IMG/VR virus record: IMGVR_UViG_2842063143_000003
Coordinates: 1,570 to 65,569 of that record
Length of the DNA stretch: 64,000 nt
Strand: one strand, 5' to 3'
Source of the DNA: a virus
Lineage: Duplodnaviria > Caudoviricetes
Positions 54,538 to 62,858 of this stretch are shown here, piece by piece. Both the position numbers and the translations under genes were made by a program. Under the pieces are notes generated by a model. It saw nothing but the letters and a program-made list of their open reading frames with translations, did no database searches and was not told the DNA's origin. How positions within the stretch are numbered: the stretch's first letter is position 1; each line of letters starts with the position of its first letter.

Positions 54538-54806
54538 ACATCTGCACCCTACCGCTTCGGGTCAAGTTGCCATCTCAGGCCAATTTGAGCCCAAATCTTT
54601 CAAGATTGTTGGAATTCCCCAGCCAGGCGCTCGCTCAGGGCCACGGCCCCGCCAGGCTGGCCGCCGCCTGCGAAGACATCGCCCACGGCCTGCTGACCGC
54701 CGCGGTGACCGCGGAGGACGGCGACATCGTCAACTCCGAGGATCTGGAAGCCGCGGCCGTCTGGTTCGTTGCGGTCTCCAAGGCGTGTCGGGCGGCGCGC
54801 CAATGA
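54534..54806 (+). CDS. Hypothetical protein
   Basis: Coupled ORF. Confidence 0.55.
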   Translation: MNICTLPLRVKLPSQANLSPNLSRLLEFPSQALAQGHGPARLAAACEDIAHGLLTAAVTAEDGDIVNSEDLEAAAVWFVAVSKACRAARQ

Positions 54807-55026
54807 CCGCCCGCGATCTCATCTGGGGCATCGAGGCCGCGATCTCGGCGGGCCTGGTGACGGCCTACGCCATCCTGCTCTGGCCGCTCGTCCTCGCTCG
54901 GAGGGCAGCATGACCCCTCTCGCCTTCACCCTCGCCGCGGTTCTCATAACCGCGTCCACCACGTCACTCACCGTCTGGCTTGACCCGCGTGTTCGGGCTG
55001 CTGGCGCTCGTTGGAGGAAGCCGTGA
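54803..55026 (+). CDS. Two tiny TM peptides (54803-54913, 54910-55026)
   Basis: ATGA overlaps; each has one hydrophobic segment. Confidence 0.5.
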
Positions 55027-55526
55027 TGTCGATCCTCCCAGACTGGATGATCAGAGGACTTTGCACTGGCGAAGGCCGGCATGTCGTCGAGCCCTTCATC
55101 GAGCGCACGCCGATCAACGGCCTGTCCGGCGGCCTCTCGTGTGCAGGCTACGATATCCGAACTAAGCAGGGCATGACGTTGGGTCCAGGCAGGTTCGCCC
55201 TGCTCTCGACGATCGAGCACTTCTGGATGCCTCGGGACGTGCTCGGGCGCGTCGCAGACAAGAGCACATGGGCTCGGCGCGGGCTGGCGGTCCAGAACAC
55301 CGTGATTGAGCCCGACTGGCGCGGTTGGCTAACCGTCGAGGTCTCCAATCACAACCGCCATCAGCCGCTGATCATCCAGGCCGGTGACCCGATCGCCCAA
55401 GTCATTTTTGAGCAGATGCTGGCCACGCCCGAGCGTGCCTACTCAGGCCGGTATCAGGACCAAGAAGATCGTCCGGTCGAAGCCATCCGCCTCTCCTCAT
55501 CCTCTACCGAGGGGGAGCCGGCATGA
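55026..55526 (+). CDS. dcd: dCTP deaminase/dUTPase-family enzyme
   Basis: GYDIR, DKSTWARRG, IEP.W.G.LTVE.SN, GDPIAQ..F, Y.GRYQ.Q. Confidence 0.88.
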   Translation: MSILPDWMIRGLCTGEGRHVVEPFIERTPINGLSGGLSCAGYDIRTKQGMTLGPGRFALLSTIEHFWMPRDVLGRVADKSTWARRGLAVQNTVIEPDWRGWLTVEVSNHNRHQPLIIQAGDPIAQVIFEQMLATPERAYSGRYQDQEDRPVEAIRLSSSSTEGEPA

Positions 55527-56314
55527 GCGCGCCGATCTATCAGACGAACAGCGCCAGTCTGTGGCTTGGCGACTGCCTTGACGTCATGCCGACGCTTGAG
55601 GCTGGCAGCATCAACATGGTGCTGTGCGACCTGCCCTACGGCACGACGCAGAGTCCTTGGGACGCGGTGATCCCGTTCACCCCGCTTTGGGAGCAGTTCG
55701 GCCGGCTCTGCACGGGCGCCATCGTCCTGTTCGCCGCCCAGCCTTTTACGTCGGCGCTGGTCATGAGCAACCCGCGCGCGTTCCGGCACGAGTGGATCTG
55801 GGAGAAGAACAAGGCCAGCGGACACCTGAACGCGAAAAAGCAGCCGATGCGGGCGCACGAGAGCGTCGTCGTGTTCGGCGATGCATCGTTCTACCAGCCG
55901 CAGATGACGGCGGGGCACCGTCCCGGAAATAAGGCAACGCGCAAGGACTCCGAGCAGCGGGTCTACGGTGCGTTCAAATCGACCGATTACGGCGGTTCAA
56001 CCCTGCGCTATCCGCGCTCGGTCCAGCGCTTCGACATCGTCAATAACGATGATCCCGACAAGCATCACCCGAACCAAAAGCCCACGCCTTGGCTGGAGTA
56101 CCTGCTTCTGACCTACTCTGCCGAGGGAGCAACGGTGCTGGATGCTACAATGGGCTCTGGCAGCACGGGGGTCGCCTGCCTGAATACCGGGCGGCGCTTC
56201 GTCGGGATCGAGAAAGACCCTGACTACTGCGCAATTGCAGAGCGCCGCATCCGAAAGGCGCTGGCCCCGCCAGACCACGGTCCCTTGTTCGCGGGTCAAG
56301 GCGACGCCGCATGA
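55523..56314 (+). CDS. DNA N4/N6 methyltransferase (orphan)
   Basis: CDLPYG (motif IV), HP.QKP, VLDATMGSGSTG (motif I). Confidence 0.92.
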   Translation: MSAPIYQTNSASLWLGDCLDVMPTLEAGSINMVLCDLPYGTTQSPWDAVIPFTPLWEQFGRLCTGAIVLFAAQPFTSALVMSNPRAFRHEWIWEKNKASGHLNAKKQPMRAHESVVVFGDASFYQPQMTAGHRPGNKATRKDSEQRVYGAFKSTDYGGSTLRYPRSVQRFDIVNNDDPDKHHPNQKPTPWLEYLLLTYSAEGATVLDATMGSGSTGVACLNTGRRFVGIEKDPDYCAIAERRIRKALAPPDHGPLFAGQGDAA

Positions 56315-56380
56315 CCCCAGTCCCCAACCACCCTTCCTCCCAGACCAATCCCCTCGGCACGATCAAGGAGTGAGACGACC

Positions 56381-56830
56381 ATGGCTGATCTCAACATCCC
56401 GAACCTCGACAAGCTGATCGCGCATCTGGAGGCGCAGCCGCCGGAGCGGATCAATATGGGCTGGGTCGAAGTGGAGCCCCACGCCTGCGGCACCTGCGGC
56501 TGCATTAAGGGGCACGCTTATCTTGTGTTCGGCTCTTGGAATTTATCAGAGCACATCGCCCTAGAAACGAAGCCATACTACGAACTGGTTATCCCCCCGG
56601 GGTGGAGAAAAGAGCAAGACGGCGTCCGCCGCTACCCCGCCCATCGCGTCATCGCCACCCTCAAGCGCCTCCGCGACCGGTTCTTGGCGACGGGCGAGAT
56701 CGTCGTGGATTGGGGACCGGAGCCGACCGAAGGCCAGCCCTGGTCCGCCCCGCGCGCTGTCGAGCTGACTCCTCCGGCCTTGCCTGCCGAGATTACCCGC
56801 TTCCTCGCCACCGAGCGTGAGGAGGTTTGA
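56381..56830 (+). CDS. Hypothetical protein
   Basis: AAGGAG RBS; CGTCGCIKGHA motif. Confidence 0.7.
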   Translation: MADLNIPNLDKLIAHLEAQPPERINMGWVEVEPHACGTCGCIKGHAYLVFGSWNLSEHIALETKPYYELVIPPGWRKEQDGVRRYPAHRVIATLKRLRDRFLATGEIVVDWGPEPTEGQPWSAPRAVELTPPALPAEITRFLATEREEV

Positions 56831-57312
56831 CCATGGCTGAGCATGACGATCTCATCCGCGAGAACCGCGAGCTACGCGCCTACCTCAAGGCGTTCTGCAC
56901 GGCGACGATCGACCCGGAAGACCTCGGCCGGGACGTGAGCGCGCACGAGGCGAACCCGTTCATCACCTACGCCTTCGGTCTCGTCGAGGAAGGCGACCCG
57001 GAATACGACCGCGCCATCTCGGGCGGCCAGGTTCGGCGCGCTATGGAACTGGTCGGCTTCGACAAGCTCAAGATCCAGCCGTCCGATCGGTCCATCTCCG
57101 ACGAGCTGACCGAGGCTCGCGATCTGCGGATCGAGGTGAAAGCGCTTCGCCAGCGCCGCGCGGATCTCGTGGAGGCCCTGCGCGAAGCCGTAGCGATGCT
57201 GGAGGCGGACGAGGAGGCAAGCCGGCCCGGGACCGACCTCTACACATGGCTGCGGACAACGGCAGTGTTCGCCCTCTCCGCCGAGCCCGTCACCGCGACG
57301 GAGGGCTGCTGA
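56827..57312 (+). CDS. Hypothetical protein
   Basis: Coupled ORF, coiled-coil. Confidence 0.65.
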   Translation: MTMAEHDDLIRENRELRAYLKAFCTATIDPEDLGRDVSAHEANPFITYAFGLVEEGDPEYDRAISGGQVRRAMELVGFDKLKIQPSDRSISDELTEARDLRIEVKALRQRRADLVEALREAVAMLEADEEASRPGTDLYTWLRTTAVFALSAEPVTATEGC

Positions 57313-57313
57313 G

Positions 57314-57550
57314 ATGGACGGACAGCCCGATCCCAAGCGCGTCCAGATCCTCCGCAATCAGTGCGGCCGGCACTTTGAGGGCAAGCGCATCCACGATGTC
57401 GTCGGCGCCTTGGAGACCTTGGTCTCGGATACCTGCATCGCGGCCGGCATGCAGGACGAGGCCCGTGCCCTGTCGGCCGCCGACGCTATCGCCGCCGACA
57501 TCCGCAACATCATCCGCGAGCGCTTCGCCGTCCAAGGGAAGGGGCACTGA
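57314..57550 (+). CDS. Hypothetical protein
   Basis: ORF in operon. Confidence 0.6.
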   Translation: MDGQPDPKRVQILRNQCGRHFEGKRIHDVVGALETLVSDTCIAAGMQDEARALSAADAIAADIRNIIRERFAVQGKGH

Positions 57551-57985
57551 ATGTCCACCCAGACCACCACGACACACGCAGCGTCCGGGGCTGGCGAGGG
57601 GGGCGTGAACGCCATCGTCCTTCGGCGCGGCGAACCACGCTTCAATATGGTCGGCCAGCGGCTGCCGGATAGCCTGCATGACACGGACGAGGTGATCACC
57701 CCCGGTTTGATCGCACGCCTGCATCGGTTCGCGCTGAAAGCTCTCACGGACGCAGGTTTCGCGGTCTCAGACTGGGCCTGCGAGGTCTACACGATGGATG
57801 CGGATCAGCGCCCGGCTGATCGATACTACACCGTGGAGTTCACGAACCCGCTGGGCGGCATGCTCGGCGTCCAAGGTATTGCCACGCAGCATGGACACCC
57901 GTGCTTAGATCACGGCGTGTGCGTGGACTGGGGAAGGACCACGCCGGAGCATCGCGCCGCCCTCACCACGGGAGCCGCCCGATGA
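57551..57985 (+). CDS. Hypothetical protein
   Basis: ORF in operon. Confidence 0.65.
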   Translation: MSTQTTTTHAASGAGEGGVNAIVLRRGEPRFNMVGQRLPDSLHDTDEVITPGLIARLHRFALKALTDAGFAVSDWACEVYTMDADQRPADRYYTVEFTNPLGGMLGVQGIATQHGHPCLDHGVCVDWGRTTPEHRAALTTGAAR

Positions 57986-58215
57986 CGGCCGGGAGCAAGA
58001 CGATCTTCGTCGCCGAGATCAACGCCACCGAACTGACCCTGCGGCTTGCCGAGATCGCCATTGGTCTCAAGCGCCCGCCGGGACGAGATGCTGCCGATTG
58101 TCTTGCGGACCTGCGGGCCGAGCAGCCGCAGCTCTGCGCGACCTTCGACCGGATGGCCGAAGCGGCGGCCCAGTACGTCACCGACTGCATCAGCAAGGGG
58201 AGCAGGCCATCATGA
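57982..58215 (+). CDS. Hypothetical protein
   Basis: ATGA coupling. Confidence 0.6.
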   Translation: MTAGSKTIFVAEINATELTLRLAEIAIGLKRPPGRDAADCLADLRAEQPQLCATFDRMAEAAAQYVTDCISKGSRPS

Positions 58216-58757
58216 GTAACCCCACCACGGACCTGGCCGCACGCTTCGAGGCCAAGCGCGAGGCTGAGAACAGCGCTTGGTCTTTTGGGCGCCTAGGCAG
58301 CTACCTCGCTCGCGTCGCTGCAAGCCGCCCCCCGGACGTCATCATTGGCGGCGAGGCCGATCCATACATGCGCCGCTGGTGGGTGATCCCGCGGAACCGC
58401 TGGTTCAACGTCTACCTGCATCACTTCATGCGCTCGGACGATGACCGGGCGCTGCACGATCACCCGTGGTGGAACGTGTCGTTCCTCCTGCAGGGCCAGT
58501 ACGCCGAGCACACGATCAGCGCTGGCGGCATCAACGTCTTCACGACCCGCAAGGCCGGCGAGGTCAAGGCGCGCTGGGCGACGCACGCGCACCGGATCGA
58601 GCTGACGCACGGCCCCTGCTGGACGCTCTTCATCACCGGGCCGCGCCTGCGCACCTGGGGCTTCCACTGCCCCCGCGGCTGGGTGCCCTGGAAGGAGTTC
58701 ACGAACCCGGCGGATGGCGGCCAGACGGTCGGCCGCGGATGCGGAGAGCAGTCATGA
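58212..58757 (+). CDS. Cupin-fold phage protein
   Basis: YLHHF.RSDDDRALHDHPW...G.Y.E...HRI.L...CWTLFITGP. Confidence 0.8.
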   Translation: MSNPTTDLAARFEAKREAENSAWSFGRLGSYLARVAASRPPDVIIGGEADPYMRRWWVIPRNRWFNVYLHHFMRSDDDRALHDHPWWNVSFLLQGQYAEHTISAGGINVFTTRKAGEVKARWATHAHRIELTHGPCWTLFITGPRLRTWGFHCPRGWVPWKEFTNPADGGQTVGRGCGEQS

Positions 58758-60637
58758 CCAGCCTCAAGGAACTCCACGCAGCCAACATCGCCCGCCAGGC
58801 TGAGTGGTGCCCTGATCAGGTGCCGGACCTGTCGTTCCGCGGCAACGAGCTCGGCGGCGAGTGCGGCGAGGCCCAGAACGTTATCAAGAAGCTTGAGCGC
58901 GAGCGCTTGGGCTGGCGCGGGTCGCGGGCGAGCCTCGACGACCTCGCGCAGGAGCTGGCCGACGTGGTGATCTGCGCCGACCTGTGCGCCGTGACCGCCG
59001 GCATTGACCTGGGCGCCGCCGTGGTCGCCAAGTTTAATGCCACCTCCGAGAAGGTCGGGCTCACTACGAAGCTCGCTCCCGAAGCCAGGGGCATGGCCCG
59101 CGCAGGTGCCGCCATGGGAGCGGGAGACCTCGATCGCTATCAAATGGCTGTTCAGATCCTGACAGGCATTCGAGGGGGAAACGCTACCGGCACCACCGCC
59201 GAAATGCTTCGTGCAATTGCTGATAGTGCTGAGGTTGTCTTTCCTCTCGTTGGCGGTATGCAGCCTTGGCATCTTCGTGAGCGTGCCGGCTACCTTGAGA
59301 TGGCCGACAGCACGGCGCTCCACCTCGGAGAAGAGCTTGAGCAATACGCCTCCGGCAGGCATGTCGTTCAGGCCGCCGGGGGAGTGGGGGCATCGGTCGC
59401 GGACCTTAGAGCGGCTGCTGTGAAGGTTCTCGGCGCATGCAATCGGCCCCACGATCTGGATATCGCCCTGGACGAGCTTGAGGCAGTCGTGCGGGCAACG
59501 CCCGCCGCTCCGCCCCCTCCCGCCCAGCAAGGATCCTCGTCTATCCGCGACATCGGCATGGTTGGCCCGGTCAACGGCATGAACGAGCCCGACCTGTCCG
59601 GGGCATACATGCGGCTGGTTCTCACGCGGGGCGAATTCCGTGAGGAGCGGCTGATCTCCATCGGCGCGGCCGAAGTGTTCGTGGCCGAGGCTTTGGGCTC
59701 GCTGCACGGGCCAGATGCCCAGCAAGGATCTTCGTCACCGCTTAGCCAGAACGAGACGGCGGAGGAACTGGAACGGCTGGTTGACGACTATGGCCGAGCA
59801 CAGGATCTCTATACATTCCGGGTTGCCCTTTATGGCTCCGGCTCGTCGACTAAACGTGATGAAGCCAAGCAAAAGCTTTTTCAGGCAATACGGTCCTCCC
59901 TAGGAGCCGGCCACCTCGTCCCCGCATCTCTCGCCACGGCCCTCGGTAGTGGAGAAGGTACGGCGGGCGCGACCCCTGCGGGGTCAGGCTCTCGTCCTTC
60001 GGATCAGGCTGCTTCGCATCCTGCCCCTGCGGGCTTCGATCCTTCGCGCGGATGGCAGCCGATAACGACGGCGCCAATGACAACGGATCCGATCCTAATC
60101 ACTGGCTGGGCCTTCGCAGACGACGACTGGAATTCCGGCTACGTTGGCTATTGGCGGGACGCCCCAGCGCATAAGGCCAAGGAACGCTACCAGTGCATCG
60201 GCTATATGGTCCAGCCGGCATCTGGGCACCGATGCGTGGGGCACCGAAACGGTCCGGTCAACGTCACTCACTGGATGCCGCTTCCGCCCGCGCCATGCGA
60301 TGGAAGCGGCGAAGCCGGCGAGACGCATAGCGGCTCGACCGAAGGCGACAGCGCGGTCGGCGTAGCCGAGGCGCCCCACCCCCAGTCCCCCTCTCTCTCC
60401 GAGGTGGAGGCCAAGGCCGTGCTGGCGGAGCCGTATCTGATCCGCAAGGGCGGCTACTACTACCGGCCGAACCGGTGCGGCTACACAGCCACCCCGCACG
60501 ATGCCGGGCACTACACCCGCGAAGAAGCCGAGGCTGAGGCTTCGATCGAGCCCTGGCACATGTCCGCCGTGAAGCTGTCCGACGCCCTCGCGACCCTCAC
60601 CGCTTCCCAGGAGCAGGACGGCGAGGTGCGGTCATGA
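58754..60637 (+). CDS. Multidomain protein: N-terminal MazG-like pyrophosphohydrolase plus several small phage domains (incl. DUF551-like)
   Basis: EL.GE.GEA.N..KKLER...ELADVVI..DL...KFNATS; WQPITTAP...VTHWMPLPPAP; GYYYRPN..GYT. Confidence 0.8.
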   Translation: MTSLKELHAANIARQAEWCPDQVPDLSFRGNELGGECGEAQNVIKKLERERLGWRGSRASLDDLAQELADVVICADLCAVTAGIDLGAAVVAKFNATSEKVGLTTKLAPEARGMARAGAAMGAGDLDRYQMAVQILTGIRGGNATGTTAEMLRAIADSAEVVFPLVGGMQPWHLRERAGYLEMADSTALHLGEELEQYASGRHVVQAAGGVGASVADLRAAAVKVLGACNRPHDLDIALDELEAVVRATPAAPPPPAQQGSSSIRDIGMVGPVNGMNEPDLSGAYMRLVLTRGEFREERLISIGAAEVFVAEALGSLHGPDAQQGSSSPLSQNETAEELERLVDDYGRAQDLYTFRVALYGSGSSTKRDEAKQKLFQAIRSSLGAGHLVPASLATALGSGEGTAGATPAGSGSRPSDQAASHPAPAGFDPSRGWQPITTAPMTTDPILITGWAFADDDWNSGYVGYWRDAPAHKAKERYQCIGYMVQPASGHRCVGHRNGPVNVTHWMPLPPAPCDGSGEAGETHSGSTEGDSAVGVAEAPHPQSPSLSEVEAKAVLAEPYLIRKGGYYYRPNRCGYTATPHDAGHYTREEAEAEASIEPWHMSAVKLSDALATLTASQEQDGEVRS

Positions 60638-60810
60638 AGCAGTACCTGCTCGGCTTCGCCTCAGCCTATGCGCTCGCCGCTTTTTACTGGTGCGCGATCC
60701 TCGCCGCATCTGGAGCGATCACCCCGCCAGGCGCCGCGCCTTTGGCTGCCGCGATCTGGCCCGTGACTCTCTTTCCTGCATTCACCACCGTGCCAAGGGT
60801 CAAGCCATGA
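60634..60810 (+). CDS. Small membrane protein
   Basis: ATGA coupling; hydrophobic. Confidence 0.55.
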   Translation: MKQYLLGFASAYALAAFYWCAILAASGAITPPGAAPLAAAIWPVTLFPAFTTVPRVKP

Positions 60811-61484
60811 GCGTCGCTGTTCGTGCCGCTGAAAAACTGTCTCCTGAGACAGTCGCTACGTTCCGCACCTCCCGGGACCAGTCGCCAGAAGCGGCAGCGA
60901 CCGAAGTCGCTCGTGACAGGGACAGGCTGCCTGAAGCCGCCCCCACCACGCAGGCCGAGCAGGAAGACGCGGTGCGGGATCCACACAAGGGGATCGCCGG
61001 GCTCTTTCAGACGCTGATCGCCTGCTCGGTCCTCTGGGCCAAGCATGACGACGAGCGCGGCATAGCCTCGGCCGCCATGAATGACGGAGCGCTGAAGCTC
61101 GCTGATTTCGCCAGCACGATCGCCACCCTCCGCACCGAGCGCGACCAGCTCGCCGCCGACCTCCGCAAGGCACGGGAAGAGCGGGATGCTGCGCTGGAAC
61201 TGGCGGAGCAGTGGAAGGCAACAGCCGCCGCCGAGGCCGACATCGGCAACGAGCGCCTGTCCACGGTCAGCAATCTGCAGACCGAGAACGACATGCTCCG
61301 GGAGATCGGCCGGGCCGCCAGCGCGCGCTGGGCAGAGGCGGCACGCCTGGCCCTATCCGGCAACATGGGGCGGATCCGACGCCTGATGTCAGCCTGGGAC
61401 AACCCGATCCGCGGTTCGTCCCTCACACCCGATCCCAAGGACGCGGGCGGGACCGCAAAGGGAGACGACCATGCGGGCGCTTAG
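60807..61484 (+). CDS. Coiled-coil hypothetical protein
   Basis: Coupled ORF. Confidence 0.6.
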   Translation: MSVAVRAAEKLSPETVATFRTSRDQSPEAAATEVARDRDRLPEAAPTTQAEQEDAVRDPHKGIAGLFQTLIACSVLWAKHDDERGIASAAMNDGALKLADFASTIATLRTERDQLAADLRKAREERDAALELAEQWKATAAAEADIGNERLSTVSNLQTENDMLREIGRAASARWAEAARLALSGNMGRIRRLMSAWDNPIRGSSLTPDPKDAGGTAKGDDHAGA

Positions 61485-61923
61485 CATCCAGCAGCCTTGG
61501 AGTTGGCTTATCGTCAACGGGTTCAAAGACATCGAGAACCGGGATTGGCGATGCCATCGCCGCGGACGGATCCTCGTCCATGCCGGCAAGAAGGTTGACC
61601 GGGATGCGATGGAGGATCTGCTCGCCGGCCGCCACCCGGTGACGGGGGAGCTGCTCCGGTTCGATTTGCCCGAGGTGTTCGAGACTGGCGGCATCGTTGG
61701 CGAGGCCGAGATCGCGGGGTGCGTCGAGCACTCGGACAGCCCGTGGTTCGTCGGCCGCTTCGGGATCCTGATGCGGAATGCTTGGCCGCTTCCGTTCCAA
61801 CCGTGCAAGGGGGCGCTCGGGTTCTTTGAGCCGACCTTTGATGTCCCCGCAGAAACTCCGACGCCGTCAAAGCCCGTCGCAGTCGACCTGTTCAGCGCCA
61901 TCGACATCGCGAGGTCGGCATGA
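61471..61923 (+). CDS. ASCH domain protein
   Basis: ALSIQQPW..LI..G.KDIENR.W...RG.ILVHA, PCKGALGFF. Confidence 0.92.
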   Translation: MRALSIQQPWSWLIVNGFKDIENRDWRCHRRGRILVHAGKKVDRDAMEDLLAGRHPVTGELLRFDLPEVFETGGIVGEAEIAGCVEHSDSPWFVGRFGILMRNAWPLPFQPCKGALGFFEPTFDVPAETPTPSKPVAVDLFSAIDIARSA

Positions 61924-62444
61924 CGAGCCCAAACGCCCCTCCCCGCGCGCCAGGGGAACTGGCGGAGATCGAGGCCATCATCCGCCGGCACGTCTGGGCC
62001 CGCTATGTGGCTGCATGCGACGAGCCGCAGGTGCTTGGCTTCGGTGCGGCCGCCGCCGAGATCGCAGCCCTCCGGGCGCCCCAGGGCGACGGAGATGAGG
62101 CGATCCGCGCCGAGATGCCGGCCTCGCTGAACACCGGCAATCTCGTTCACGACGTGCGGACGCTCCGCATGGCCCACGACGCCATGCACCAGCGCGCCTA
62201 CCGCTGGTGCAACGCGGCGCTTCTCCTGCTGCCGTTCGTCGATATGGGGGCAGGTGAGGGCCTGGAGTGGGTCGAGCAGGACGGCTCGCCTCGCATGGAC
62301 GCTGCGGATCTCTGCTTCGCCTTTGCCGAGGCCATGGGATGCGAATTTGGCGACGCTGCTTACACGGCGATGCTGAAGGAAGGGCAGGACAAGATCCGCA
62401 CCCTCGACCAGCACAGCCTCACGAAAACCGAGGGCCAGCCATGA
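61920..62444 (+). CDS. Hypothetical protein
   Basis: Coupled ORF. Confidence 0.6.
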   Translation: MTSPNAPPRAPGELAEIEAIIRRHVWARYVAACDEPQVLGFGAAAAEIAALRAPQGDGDEAIRAEMPASLNTGNLVHDVRTLRMAHDAMHQRAYRWCNAALLLLPFVDMGAGEGLEWVEQDGSPRMDAADLCFAFAEAMGCEFGDAAYTAMLKEGQDKIRTLDQHSLTKTEGQP

Positions 62445-62587
62445 CGCTCTGGTCTGCCTACATCATGGGCTTCGCTCACGGTGCCGTCATCTGCTCGGCC
62501 TGCGCGCTGTTCGGCCGATGGCTTGGCCGTCGAACATCCCCTCACCCCGACACCCTCACCAAGGCAGGAGGCCCGTCCGATGCCTAG
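62441..62587 (+). CDS. Small membrane peptide
   Basis: Coupled 48-aa ORF with TM. Confidence 0.5.
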   Translation: MTLWSAYIMGFAHGAVICSACALFGRWLGRRTSPHPDTLTKAGGPSDA

Positions 62588-62858
62588 GAGCGCTCGCCTG
62601 CCCATAGCCGACAACGACAGCAAAGGACCGGAGAGGATCGTGCCCGTGTTCGCCCCCATCGCATACCGTCCGAAGGAAGCCGCCCTGGCCATGGGCATCA
62701 GCGAAGCGCTGCTCTACGAGCTGATCGCCACTGGCGAGATCTCGGCACGCAAGCTCAGGGGCGCGACCGTGCTGCTGCGGTCAGACATCGAGGCCTATTT
62801 GACCGGCTTGCCCTTGACCGGCTCAGCGATGAAGGCGGCCCAGGCATCCATCAGGTGA
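62580..62858 (+). CDS. xis: Excisionase (HTH_17/AlpA-like)
   Basis: AYRPKEAA.AMGIS...LYELI..GEI.ARK.RG.T..L..DIEAY; adjacent to integrase. Confidence 0.85.
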   Translation: MPRSARLPIADNDSKGPERIVPVFAPIAYRPKEAALAMGISEALLYELIATGEISARKLRGATVLLRSDIEAYLTGLPLTGSAMKAAQASIR

